A DNA stretch of 64,000 nt from Anaerolineae bacterium (lineage in GTDB: Bacteria > Chloroflexota > Anaerolineae > B4-G1 > SLSP01): contig JAXDDO010000001.1 of the NCBI GenBank assembly GCA_034676805.1, positions 4,758-68,757 of the forward strand. The letters run 5' to 3'. A program made the translations under genes and the position numbers. The notes beneath the pieces were generated by a model, which was given only the letters and a program-made list of their open reading frames with translations, had not been told where the DNA came from and did no database searches. Below are positions 18,158-26,458 of the stretch, piece after piece; positions within the stretch are counted from its first letter, which is position 1; the number at the start of each line of letters is the position of its first letter.

Positions 18158-19201
18158 ATGTATGACGCTACGAAGCACTTTGAGTCGCTCTACGCCACAA
18201 CGCCGGCGGAGTTCGGGTTTCAAGCCGAAACCCGTGGCGAGTGGCTGGCCTGGCAAGAGGCATTTCGCCCCCGGCTGCGGGCGGCGCTGGGTCTCGACAC
18301 GATGGCTGCCGACCTGGCGGGCCATCTTCCCCGGGCGGAGCAGGTCGGCGCCGTCGACCTGGATGACCACATCCGCGAATCGTGGCATCTATGGGTGGAG
18401 CCGACCGTTCCCCTGCCTTTCTATCTGCTGCGCCCGAAGGAAGCCCAGGGGCCGCTTCCATTGGTGCTAACGCCCCACGGGCACAACCACCCGCATATCT
18501 ACGCTGGCATCGCCAACTCAGAGTCGGAGCTGGCATCGATGCAGGCTGGCGAGCGCGACATCGCGGTCCAGGCTGTGCGTGAGGGATATCTTGCCATCGC
18601 GCCAACAACACGGGCGTTCGGCGAGACGCGCACCGCGGCGGACGCTGCAGAGGACAAGGTGCACTCGTGCCGCACCCAGCTCATGCACGATCTTCTGGTT
18701 GGTCGAACGCCGATTGGCGAGCGTGTCTGGGATATTTCGCGCCTCATCGACTGGGCTTTGGAGACCCAGGGAGTTGACCCCACACGGATCGCGATCACGG
18801 GCAACTCCGGCGGGGGAACCATCTCGCTATTCGCCGCGGCTTGCGAGACGCGCATCGCGGTGGCTGTCCCCAGTTCGTACTTCTGCACGTTTGCCGGCAG
18901 TATTGGTTCGATCTTCCATTGTGACTGCAACTACGTGCCCGGTATCCTGCGCTTGGGAGAGATGTACGACGTCGCCGGGTTGGTTGCGCCACGACCGTTC
19001 TGCGCCATTGCCGGCAAGGATGACCCGATCTTCCCGATTGCGCACGTGCAGACCGCGTTCGAACGCCTGCAGCGGGTCTACGCGGTTGCCGGCGTCCCAG
19101 ATGCCTGTGAGCTATATGTGGGTCACGAAGGCCACCGCTACTACAAGGCGGGGGCGTGGCCCTTTGTGCGTAAGCATTTTGGCCTGGGATCTCGACCCTA
19201 G
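18158..19201 (+). CDS. Alpha/beta hydrolase (carbohydrate esterase / Abhydrolase_7-like)
   Basis: AGGAGAGG RBS. Nucleophile elbow ITGNSGGG. HCDCNYVPG and a C-terminal GHEGH region. Confidence 0.7.
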   Translation: MYDATKHFESLYATTPAEFGFQAETRGEWLAWQEAFRPRLRAALGLDTMAADLAGHLPRAEQVGAVDLDDHIRESWHLWVEPTVPLPFYLLRPKEAQGPLPLVLTPHGHNHPHIYAGIANSESELASMQAGERDIAVQAVREGYLAIAPTTRAFGETRTAADAAEDKVHSCRTQLMHDLLVGRTPIGERVWDISRLIDWALETQGVDPTRIAITGNSGGGTISLFAAACETRIAVAVPSSYFCTFAGSIGSIFHCDCNYVPGILRLGEMYDVAGLVAPRPFCAIAGKDDPIFPIAHVQTAFERLQRVYAVAGVPDACELYVGHEGHRYYKAGAWPFVRKHFGLGSRP

Positions 19202-19254
19202 GCACAGGCTGTGTGGGCGGATCGCGTTGGGGGGTGAGGGGCGAGCTCAGTACG

Positions 19255-19737
19255 ATGACAGTCTACGTTCGTGAGGCAACCAGGGCGGACTATGCAGCGC
19301 TGTCCGGGCTCTTCGAAGAGATAGATCGGCTCCATTTTGAACACCTGCCGGAGATCTTCCGAGCTCGGCGGGAGCCGACACGGCCCTTCGGCGAGCTCGT
19401 CTCACTGATCGAGGGCCATGATTCGGACATCCTGGTGGCCGAGGTTGATGGGGTGATGACGGGCTGCGCAATCGTCTACACCTGGCAGACCCGCGATCGC
19501 CCGCTGCTGGAGCCCCTGCGCTACGCAATGGTGGATACCATCGTCGTGCGGTCAGGGTACCGCCGTATGGGCATCGGACGTCGGCTGATGATGCACGTGG
19601 AGCTCTGGGCTCAGGAGCGGGGTATGTCACGGATCGAGCTGAACGTTTTCGAGTTCAACACGGACGCGCTGGCCTTCTATAAAGCGTTAGGGTATGAAAC
19701 CCTGAGCCGCCGCCTCGTCAAGCGGCTTGGAGATTAG
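19255..19737 (+). CDS. GNAT-family N-acetyltransferase
   Basis: ORF 19213..19737. ATG 19255 gives a typical GNAT N-terminus (alternative GTG 19213). Acetyl-CoA motif VVRSGYRRMGIGRRLM. Confidence 0.8.
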   Translation: MTVYVREATRADYAALSGLFEEIDRLHFEHLPEIFRARREPTRPFGELVSLIEGHDSDILVAEVDGVMTGCAIVYTWQTRDRPLLEPLRYAMVDTIVVRSGYRRMGIGRRLMMHVELWAQERGMSRIELNVFEFNTDALAFYKALGYETLSRRLVKRLGD

Positions 19738-19752
19738 GAGGTATCAGGGTCG

Positions 19753-20289
19753 ATGGCGACGCTACCGGTTGTTGTACGCGCGGCAACGCGCAGGGACCTG
19801 CTCCAACTGGAGGCGGCGTTCCCCTTTGGTCCTCCGGAGAAGCACGCCGAGCGACTGGACCGGCAAGATCGCGACAAGGTGGTCTACCTGATCGCCTGGC
19901 GCGGGGACCAGCCGGTGGGCCACGGGCTGCTGAAGTGGGACGGTGCATCCGAGGGGCACATCCGCGCTGCCTTTGGCGGGACCTGCCCCGATGTGGAGGA
20001 TCTCTTCGTGGTGGAAGCGTCTCGCTCGCAAGGGATCGGAACCCAGATCCTGCAGGCGGCTGAGAAGCTGGCTACATACCGCGGGTTCAGCCGGCTTGGC
20101 CTGAGCGTGGACTTGCGCAATGTCGCTGCCCGGGCCTTGTATGAGCGCTTGGGCTATCGCGACGCTGGGCTGGGTCCATACGCGGAGCGGGGTCATTTCA
20201 TTGGACGCGATGGAAGGCGTGAATACTGGGAGGAGACCTGCGTCTACCTGGTCAAGTCGCTTGATCCGACTGTTAACACAAGGAGCTAA
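19753..20289 (+). CDS. GNAT-family N-acetyltransferase
   Basis: AGGAGG upstream. Motif VVEASRSQGIGTQIL...LYERLGY. Confidence 0.8.
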   Translation: MATLPVVVRAATRRDLLQLEAAFPFGPPEKHAERLDRQDRDKVVYLIAWRGDQPVGHGLLKWDGASEGHIRAAFGGTCPDVEDLFVVEASRSQGIGTQILQAAEKLATYRGFSRLGLSVDLRNVAARALYERLGYRDAGLGPYAERGHFIGRDGRREYWEETCVYLVKSLDPTVNTRS

Positions 20290-20292
20290 TCG

Positions 20293-21783
20293 ATGCCTGA
20301 CCGACCGCATATCTTGATTTTCAACCCTGACCAATGGCGTGGGGACGTGATGGGCCATTTGGGCAACCCAGCCGCGGTCACACCCAACCTCGATCGCCTG
20401 GTGGAGACCGACGCTGTCTCATTCCGTGTGGCCGCATGCCAGAACACGGTATGCACGCCCAGCCGCTGCAGCTTCATGACCGGGTGGTATCCGCACGTGC
20501 GCGGGCACCGCACGATGCACTACATGCTGCGCAGCCACGAGGGTGAGCCTAACTTGCTGCGTGTTCTGCGCGACAACGGGTATTTCGTCTGGTGGGGCGG
20601 CAAGAACGACCTGGTACCGGGGCAGTTCGGGTATGAGCGAGATTGCGACGTGAAGTATGCGCCCGCCAGGCCGCCCAAGCCGATGTGGATGGTGGACCGC
20701 CAGGATACCTGGCGTCACGAGCCGGGGGGTGACAGCTACTACTCGTTCTATGTCGGCAAGCTGGACACAGGTGGCGAGGAGATCTACTACGATGGCGACT
20801 GGGCCAACGTATTGGGCGCTATCGAGTTCATCAAGGAGGCGCCGCAAGATCGGCCGCTGTGCATTTTCCTGCCCCTCACCTATCCCCATCCGCCCTATGG
20901 GGTTGAGGATCCCTGGTACAGCTTGATTGACCGCGCACAGCTTCCGCCTCGGGCTCCGGCGCCCGAGAATTGGGGTGACAAAGCCTCGCTGCTTGAGGCG
21001 ATTCACGCTGCTCAGAATCTGCAGGGCTGGACTGAGGAGCGATGGATGGAGCTGCGCGCCGTCTATTACGGTATGTGCGCGCGGCTCGACCACCAGTTTG
21101 GGCTGCTGATGGATGCCCTTCGTGAGGCCGGGATCTACGCCGATACCGCGGTCTTCGTCTTCGCCGACCACGGCGACTATACCGGCGACTACGGCATCGT
21201 CGAGAAGACCCAGAACACGTTCGAAGATGCGCTCGCCCGGGTGCCGTTCATCATCAAACCGCCGGCGAGCGTGCCGGTCGCACCGCGAGTGAGTGAGGCC
21301 CTCGTGGAGCTCGTCGATTTTCCAGCGACGGTCTATGACCTTGCAGGCATCGAGCCCGGCTACTGGCACTTCGGGAGGAGTTTGATGCCGGTGCTGGCTG
21401 GCGAGACCGATGCCCACCGCGATGCCGTCTTCTGTGAGGGCGGGCGCCTTGTGGGCGAGACCCAAGCGATGGAGTTGCCATCGGTGCAGCGGATGGAGGA
21501 CGCTTCTGAGAGCCTCTATTGGCCCCGGATCCAGCACCAGGTAACGGATGCACAACCGTGGCACACCAAGGCCGTGATGTGCCGGACGCGCGACCACAAG
21601 TACATTCGCCGCCTCTATGAACACGATGAGCTCTACGACCTGCGCAACGACCCCCTAGAGATGCGCAATCTGGTGGATGATCCGGCCTATGCCGAGGTGC
21701 TGGCGCAACTCAAGGAACGCATGCTCACCTGGTACCTGGAGACTGCCGACGTCGTGCCGTTCGAGCCGGATCGGCGCGCGTAG
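20293..21783 (+). CDS. Sulfatase (Cys-type)
   Basis: AAGGAG RBS. N-terminal ILIFNPDQWRGD. Canonical CTPSRCSFMTG (Cys codon 20452-20454). No signal peptide. Confidence 0.88.
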   Translation: MPDRPHILIFNPDQWRGDVMGHLGNPAAVTPNLDRLVETDAVSFRVAACQNTVCTPSRCSFMTGWYPHVRGHRTMHYMLRSHEGEPNLLRVLRDNGYFVWWGGKNDLVPGQFGYERDCDVKYAPARPPKPMWMVDRQDTWRHEPGGDSYYSFYVGKLDTGGEEIYYDGDWANVLGAIEFIKEAPQDRPLCIFLPLTYPHPPYGVEDPWYSLIDRAQLPPRAPAPENWGDKASLLEAIHAAQNLQGWTEERWMELRAVYYGMCARLDHQFGLLMDALREAGIYADTAVFVFADHGDYTGDYGIVEKTQNTFEDALARVPFIIKPPASVPVAPRVSEALVELVDFPATVYDLAGIEPGYWHFGRSLMPVLAGETDAHRDAVFCEGGRLVGETQAMELPSVQRMEDASESLYWPRIQHQVTDAQPWHTKAVMCRTRDHKYIRRLYEHDELYDLRNDPLEMRNLVDDPAYAEVLAQLKERMLTWYLETADVVPFEPDRRA

Positions 21784-21885
21784 GAAATCCATCGTGTCCG
21801 ACAGACGTCCCAACACCTTGCTCGTCACCAAGGCGTGCACCTATAGGGATCCACAATAACTTAGGCCAACCATAAGGAGGCTCTC

Positions 21886-22704
21886 ATGATGCTCGATGGA
21901 CACATTCACATTCACACGGGTGATCCCGCGCCCGCGGAGCTGCTCCGCCGTATGGAGGCGGCTGGGATAAGCGGGGGGCTGTTGATATCGCAGCCGCCCG
22001 CCTCGTTCGACGGAACCGTCAACACAGCGCCGCCCGCCGCGCGGCTGGAAAACCTCCTCGCCTGGTGCGGAGCCGGCCCGGATTTCTTCCCCTTCTACTG
22101 GATTGACCCGGTGGATTCCGATGCGCTGGAGCAGGTTGACCTGGCCATCGAAAAAGGCGTCTCGGGGTTCAAGGTTATCTGCGACCATTTCTATCCCGGC
22201 GATGTTCGGGCGCTGCTGACCTTCCACGCGATCGCCGAAGCCGGGAAGCCAATCCTGTTCCATTCGGGCATTCTGTGGGACGGCAAACCCTCCTCTCACT
22301 TCAGCCGGCCTGTGAACTTCGAGGCGCTGCTCAATGTACCCGGCCTGCGGTTTGCGCTGGCCCATATCTCGTGGCCCTGGATCGACGAGTGTATCGCGCT
22401 CTACGGCAAGCTCGCAGCCGCGCGCCGCCGCCGCTCTGGGGCGGACGTCGAGATGTTCATCGATACAACACCCGGGACACCCCCGATCTACCGCCGCGAT
22501 GCGTTGACCAAGGTGTTCACTGTGGGATACGACGTGGCGCACAACATCTTCTTCGGCAGCGATGCCCAGGCAGCTGCGTACGGCACCGACTATGCCGCAG
22601 GGTGGATCGCTCGAGACCGTGAGATCATGGCGGAGCTTGGGGTCGAGCAGGACGTTGACTCATTGGTCTTCGAAGGCAATCTGCGCCGGTTCGTCGGTGT
22701 CTAG
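21886..22704 (+). CDS. Amidohydrolase-fold metal-dependent hydrolase (amidohydrolase-2 / lactonase-like)
   Basis: AAGGAGG RBS. N-terminal MMLDGHIHIH (HxH). Also LAHISWPW and a late Asp (FFGSDA). Confidence 0.7.
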   Translation: MMLDGHIHIHTGDPAPAELLRRMEAAGISGGLLISQPPASFDGTVNTAPPAARLENLLAWCGAGPDFFPFYWIDPVDSDALEQVDLAIEKGVSGFKVICDHFYPGDVRALLTFHAIAEAGKPILFHSGILWDGKPSSHFSRPVNFEALLNVPGLRFALAHISWPWIDECIALYGKLAAARRRRSGADVEMFIDTTPGTPPIYRRDALTKVFTVGYDVAHNIFFGSDAQAAAYGTDYAAGWIARDREIMAELGVEQDVDSLVFEGNLRRFVGV

Positions 22705-22738
22705 CGGTGGGGCAGTGAGTCAAAGCCGCCCTGTGTCG

Positions 22739-23857
22739 ATGTTTGAGCAGAGCGTCGCGCAGTTGCGGCATGCAACGGGTATCGTCATCCCCATATACCT
22801 GCGTCCGTCCGACTCTGCGCCAAAAGGCGACTCGCAGGCTGTGGCCCTTCTACGGGACACGGTGGTGGCGGTGTGCCAGGTGGTCGCTGACCCCAGCGTC
22901 ATTTGCCTGAGCGTGGATGGCGCGGCCTACGGTTCAGAGATCGTGAGCGCGTTGGCGAGGGAATACGGGACCTCCCACGTCATTGCACCTGAGAACCGGG
23001 GCAAGCTCCAGGGGGTCAGAGAGGGTGCTCGCAAGCTCCTGGAGCGTGAGGATCTGGCGTACGTTGCCGTGCTCGATTGCGACAACGATCACTTCGCCAA
23101 CGAGCTCCTCAACTTCGTCCGGATGGGTGAGCATATGGCCACGCAGGTACGGGAGGGGGCGCTGCAGGACACGGCTGCCCGCGCCACACCGGCGGGGCCA
23201 GATCGAGGGGGAGGCGATTCAGTCGCAGCCTGGCGTACGCTCATCCTGGGGCGCCGGATCTCGCGCCACCGCCCGATGGGCCTCCTGCGCGGTGAGCTGG
23301 AGGAGTTGGCAGATCGGATGCTGCTGCTGGCACTGCAATACCACGCCGCAGTCTCGGGTATGCCGCTGCGGCTCGAGTATGCGACGATGCTGGACGCAGT
23401 TCCCGATTTTCATTCGGGCTATAAGCTGTTCAGCCGCGCGACGGCCGAGGATGTTTTCCTTCCGGAGCCGCACTCGATGGGCCTGCCGGACACGGTAGTC
23501 TACCGGCACGCGGTGGAGGCGGCTATGGTTGTGGAGGCGTTGCTCGGCGGCGCCCGGCTGGGGGTGGTCAACCGGAGCACGTATAACCGCCAGCCGGTGA
23601 CCAGTTACGGTCTGCTGGACCGCGCAGCGCTGACCGCAGACATGATCATCTATCCCTGCAAGCGTCTCGGTATTCCAGGAACCTTTGTTCGGCAGTGGCT
23701 GCTCGATATCCTGCCGTCCCTGTTGCTGGGGACGTTGGTGCCGCAAGGGCGCGAGGAGTTGAAGGCGGTCTACCACAAGGTCCTCGACGCGTTTGGGCAA
23801 GAGGGCTCTGTGGCGCTGGTCCCCGACCCTTTCGCGTCTCAGCCGTTGTTTCTTTAG
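22739..23857 (+). CDS. Uncharacterised GT-A-fold glycosyltransferase-like protein
   Basis: ORF 22562..23857 overlaps the previous gene. Plausible starts are GTG 22715, GTG 22733 and ATG 22739. Beta1-like GIVIPIYL, ENRGK, and DxD-like VAVLDCDNDHF. Confidence 0.5.
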   Translation: MFEQSVAQLRHATGIVIPIYLRPSDSAPKGDSQAVALLRDTVVAVCQVVADPSVICLSVDGAAYGSEIVSALAREYGTSHVIAPENRGKLQGVREGARKLLEREDLAYVAVLDCDNDHFANELLNFVRMGEHMATQVREGALQDTAARATPAGPDRGGGDSVAAWRTLILGRRISRHRPMGLLRGELEELADRMLLLALQYHAAVSGMPLRLEYATMLDAVPDFHSGYKLFSRATAEDVFLPEPHSMGLPDTVVYRHAVEAAMVVEALLGGARLGVVNRSTYNRQPVTSYGLLDRAALTADMIIYPCKRLGIPGTFVRQWLLDILPSLLLGTLVPQGREELKAVYHKVLDAFGQEGSVALVPDPFASQPLFL

Positions 23858-23860
23858 CTG

Positions 23861-25480
23861 TTACCCTGGGGCGAACGACCCGAGCGGGCCGCCGCGCACG
23901 ACCCTGCCTCGCTCCAACAAGAGCACATGGGTGAGGCTTGTGGGGAATTCCTGCTGGCGATGGGTGACGTAGATCATGGTGACGTCGCTCTCGCCGGCGA
24001 TAGTGTCGAGGGCGTGCACGACTGCTTCACAATGCTGCGGATCGAGGCCCTGACAGGGCTCGTCCAGAATCAGCAGCTCTGGATCCTTGACAAGCGCCCG
24101 GGCGATGAGCGCCAGCCGTTGCTCGCCCTTCGACACGCGTCGAAAGGCGCTGTCGCGACACTGGGCGACGCCGAGGCGCGCTAGCCAGGCCTCGGCCCGC
24201 GCATCCTGTTCCGCGCTGCAGCGCCGGAAGAGGCCGAGTGTGTCGAAGAAACCAGAGCGCACCACGTCAGAGACCGTGGCCTGAGGAGGATAGGCGCGCT
24301 GAAGTTCCGGTGACACCCAGCCGATTCGTTGCTTGATCTCCCAGATGCTCTCCCCGCTGCCGCGCTGCTGACCAAAGAGCCGGACGGTATTTGCGTAGGC
24401 CTGTGGGTGATCGCCCAGAATCAAGCTGAGTAGCGTGGTCTTGCCGGCGCCATTTGGGCCGAGCAGCGCCCACTTCTCCCCACGATGGACGGTCCAATCG
24501 ACTGCCTCAAGCACCTGCGTGCCGCGATGCGTTACGCTCACGCCTTGCATCTCGATGACGGGTTGGCTGATCTCCGCCTCCGGCGCGGTGACAGCGCCGC
24601 CAGATGGCGTGCGTTGCCAATCGGCGCGCTGGGTGGCAGGGGCCGTAGGCCCGCCGGTCCGGCCTGGGCAGGCAGGCTCGCCTGGGCTCGAGGCACCGGC
24701 TGACGATATCGGCCGGGCCTTGACGATCTTTCCCTCATGGAGCACCAGGATGTGCGTGAGGCCTTCGGGGAGATCATCGGCTTCGGGGAGCAAGAGCAGG
24801 AGGTGCGTTCCCTCGTTCATCAGATGGGTCAAGACCTGCCGGAGCCGCGCGCAGAAGCCCACATCCAATCCCGTAAAGGGATCATCCAGAATCAGGATGC
24901 GCGGCGCCTTGAGCAGAGCCCGTGCGATCTGCACACGGCGCCACTCCCCGTCCGAAAGCGTATGGAGCTCACGTCCGAGCAGCGACCCGAGCTCGAACCG
25001 GCGTATGACGTGGTCCCGACGTTCACGAAAAGCTTCGGCCACAGACAAAGGTGGAGTTTCTGCTGGGGCATCCGAGGCCGCAGTGGTGGCCGGGAGCGGC
25101 ACACCATCGCCTACAACGAAGGGATTCGTGTGCCAGATCCCGTGCGGCGACAGACAGGCGTCCACAGTCGGCGTCGCCACATCGACATCAGCGTGCCAGC
25201 GTGCCTGGTGAAAGCTCGCGCTCTCGTGGCGTTGCGGTTGGAATGTCACATAGGCTACGGGGACGCAGGCGGGCGCGCTTTCGGTTGCGCCGTAGCGTAC
25301 TTCCCCGCCGATGAGCGGCATCATCCCGGCGATGGCTCGCGCGAGGAGGGATTTGCCCGACCCTGTCGGGCCGGTCACGGCCCAGTGTTGGCCCGGATAC
25401 ATCGCCCAGGTCACGTGCTCGGCGACGATGTGCCCGTCGTAGTGCAGCGTTACGTCGTCGAGCGAAACCAGAGGAATCAT
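23861..25480 (-). CDS. Double ABC ATPase without transmembrane domain (ModF-like)
   Basis: ORF 23861..25537, trimmed to ATG 25480. Two cassettes: GPTGSGKS / LSDGEWRRVQIARAL / LILDDPF and GPNGAGKTT / VSKGEQRLALIARAL / LILDEPCQGLD. Confidence 0.8.
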   Translation of the reverse strand: MIPLVSLDDVTLHYDGHIVAEHVTWAMYPGQHWAVTGPTGSGKSLLARAIAGMMPLIGGEVRYGATESAPACVPVAYVTFQPQRHESASFHQARWHADVDVATPTVDACLSPHGIWHTNPFVVGDGVPLPATTAASDAPAETPPLSVAEAFRERRDHVIRRFELGSLLGRELHTLSDGEWRRVQIARALLKAPRILILDDPFTGLDVGFCARLRQVLTHLMNEGTHLLLLLPEADDLPEGLTHILVLHEGKIVKARPISSAGASSPGEPACPGRTGGPTAPATQRADWQRTPSGGAVTAPEAEISQPVIEMQGVSVTHRGTQVLEAVDWTVHRGEKWALLGPNGAGKTTLLSLILGDHPQAYANTVRLFGQQRGSGESIWEIKQRIGWVSPELQRAYPPQATVSDVVRSGFFDTLGLFRRCSAEQDARAEAWLARLGVAQCRDSAFRRVSKGEQRLALIARALVKDPELLILDEPCQGLDPQHCEAVVHALDTIAGESDVTMIYVTHRQQEFPTSLTHVLLLERGRVVRGGPLGSFAPG

Positions 25481-25509
25481 AGCTGGTGTGGCGAGCCCGC
25501 TCTCGTGGA

Positions 25510-26010
25510 TCAGAACAGGGCTGTCAGGTCGGCGCACACGCGCTCCAGGAAGGCGCGATCCTCCGGCGTGAAGGGCGCCAGGGCGTGGGAGTCGATGTCC
25601 AGTTCGCCGATCACCTTGCCGTCTCTCATAATGGGAACGACGATCTCGGACTGCACGTCGGGGCTGCAGGACAGGTAGTTCCCCTCGCGAGAGACATCCT
25701 GAACGATGAAGGTCTGCTCAGTTGCAGCGGCCTGGCCGCAGATGCCGCGACCGAAGGGGATGCGGGTATGGTCGGTTGGCGCGCCGGCATATGGCCCCAG
25801 CACCAATTCTCTGTCGGCTGCCGGATCCACCAGATAGAAGCCGACCCAGTCATAGTGCGGCACAGCATCCTTGAGCAGGGCACTGAGTTCCTGCAGGGTC
25901 TGGTCCCGTGATGCGCCGCGACGAACGGTCTCCCGAACGGCAACAAGAAGCCGGTTGAAATCGGGCCGACCGGACGTTCCAGCGCTTCCTGGTTCTGAGG
26001 TATCGTGCAT
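25510..26010 (-). CDS. GAF domain protein (free methionine-R-sulfoxide reductase-like)
   Basis: ORF 25510..26043, trimmed to ATG 26010 (GGAGTGACT-ATG). Motifs YDWVGFYLVDP...LVLGPYAG...GRGICGQAA...SEIVVPI...GELDIDS. Confidence 0.75.
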   Translation of the reverse strand: MHDTSEPGSAGTSGRPDFNRLLVAVRETVRRGASRDQTLQELSALLKDAVPHYDWVGFYLVDPAADRELVLGPYAGAPTDHTRIPFGRGICGQAAATEQTFIVQDVSREGNYLSCSPDVQSEIVVPIMRDGKVIGELDIDSHALAPFTPEDRAFLERVCADLTALF

Positions 26011-26024
26011 AGTCACTCCGATCG

Positions 26025-26066
26025 AGAAAAACAAAGTCCACACCGGGACTGCAGGCCGGTGTGGAC
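26025..26066 (-). terminator. Strong rho-independent terminator after rubredoxin
   Basis: Minus-strand RNA reads GUCCACACCGG-cctgcaguc-CCGGUGUGGAC (11-bp perfect stem, 26036-26066), followed by UUUGUUUUUCU (26025-26035). Confidence 0.8.
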
Positions 26067-26111
26067 TGGATGAGCAACGTCGACTACCCTAGTAGTAGCC
26101 CCGCCAGGCGA

Positions 26112-26273
26112 CTAATCGTAGGGTTCGAACCACTCCTTCTCGGCGCCGCAGTCCGGGCAGACCCAGTCGTCGGGCAGGTCTTCGAAGGGAGTCCCCGGCG
26201 CAACCCCAGAGTCGGGGTCGCCAAGTGCCGGATCGTAAATATAGCCGCACACGGTGCACTCGTATTTCTGCAT
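26112..26273 (-). CDS. Rubredoxin
   Basis: ORF 26112..26354, trimmed to ATG 26273 (GAAGGAGGCAATAAC-ATG). Sequence is [15 protein letters not shown]...WVCPDCGA (two CxxC pairs), 53 aa. Confidence 0.92.
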   Translation of the reverse strand: MQKYECTVCGYIYDPALGDPDSGVAPGTPFEDLPDDWVCPDCGAEKEWFEPYD

Positions 26274-26380
26274 GTTATTGCCTCCTTCGCGCATACGCGA
26301 GCTGAACCGCATTCCGGTCCCCAACGATCCGGAAGGAGCCCGGTCCAAGCCCATATGAATGGTACTAAGGAACGACAGGA

Positions 26381-26408
26381 ATTATAGAGAGGTCCTGCCC
26401 AGTGTCAA
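26381..26408 (-). promoter_or_regulatory. Consensus sigma-70-like promoter for rubredoxin
   Basis: On the minus strand: TTGACA (26408-26403), 16-nt spacer, TATAAT (26386-26381). It leaves a leader of about 100 nt. Confidence 0.6.
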
Positions 26409-26458
26409 GCAGATCTCGCCACAAATAGGGTCGTCGATGCACAGTGAAACCATTGCGG

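Noticed and set aside
22562-22738. Long N-terminal extensions offered by the ORF track. Examples: 22562 for the GT-A-like gene, 53670 for hydantoinase, 4487 for the oxidoreductase, 8635 for the ABC exporter, 38008 for lexA, 41711 for prolyl oligopeptidase, 28549 for MtaD-CYTH, 26354 for rubredoxin.
   Set aside because: The extensions overlap upstream genes or promoters and lack RBSs. Internal ATG/GTG codons with good Shine-Dalgarno sequences give N-termini that match the families.
24737-25678. 313-aa plus-strand ORF, along with 24435-25211 (258 aa).
   Set aside because: Both are antisense to the ModF-like double ABC ATPase, whose Walker/signature motifs are unambiguous. The translations are low-complexity with no motif support.
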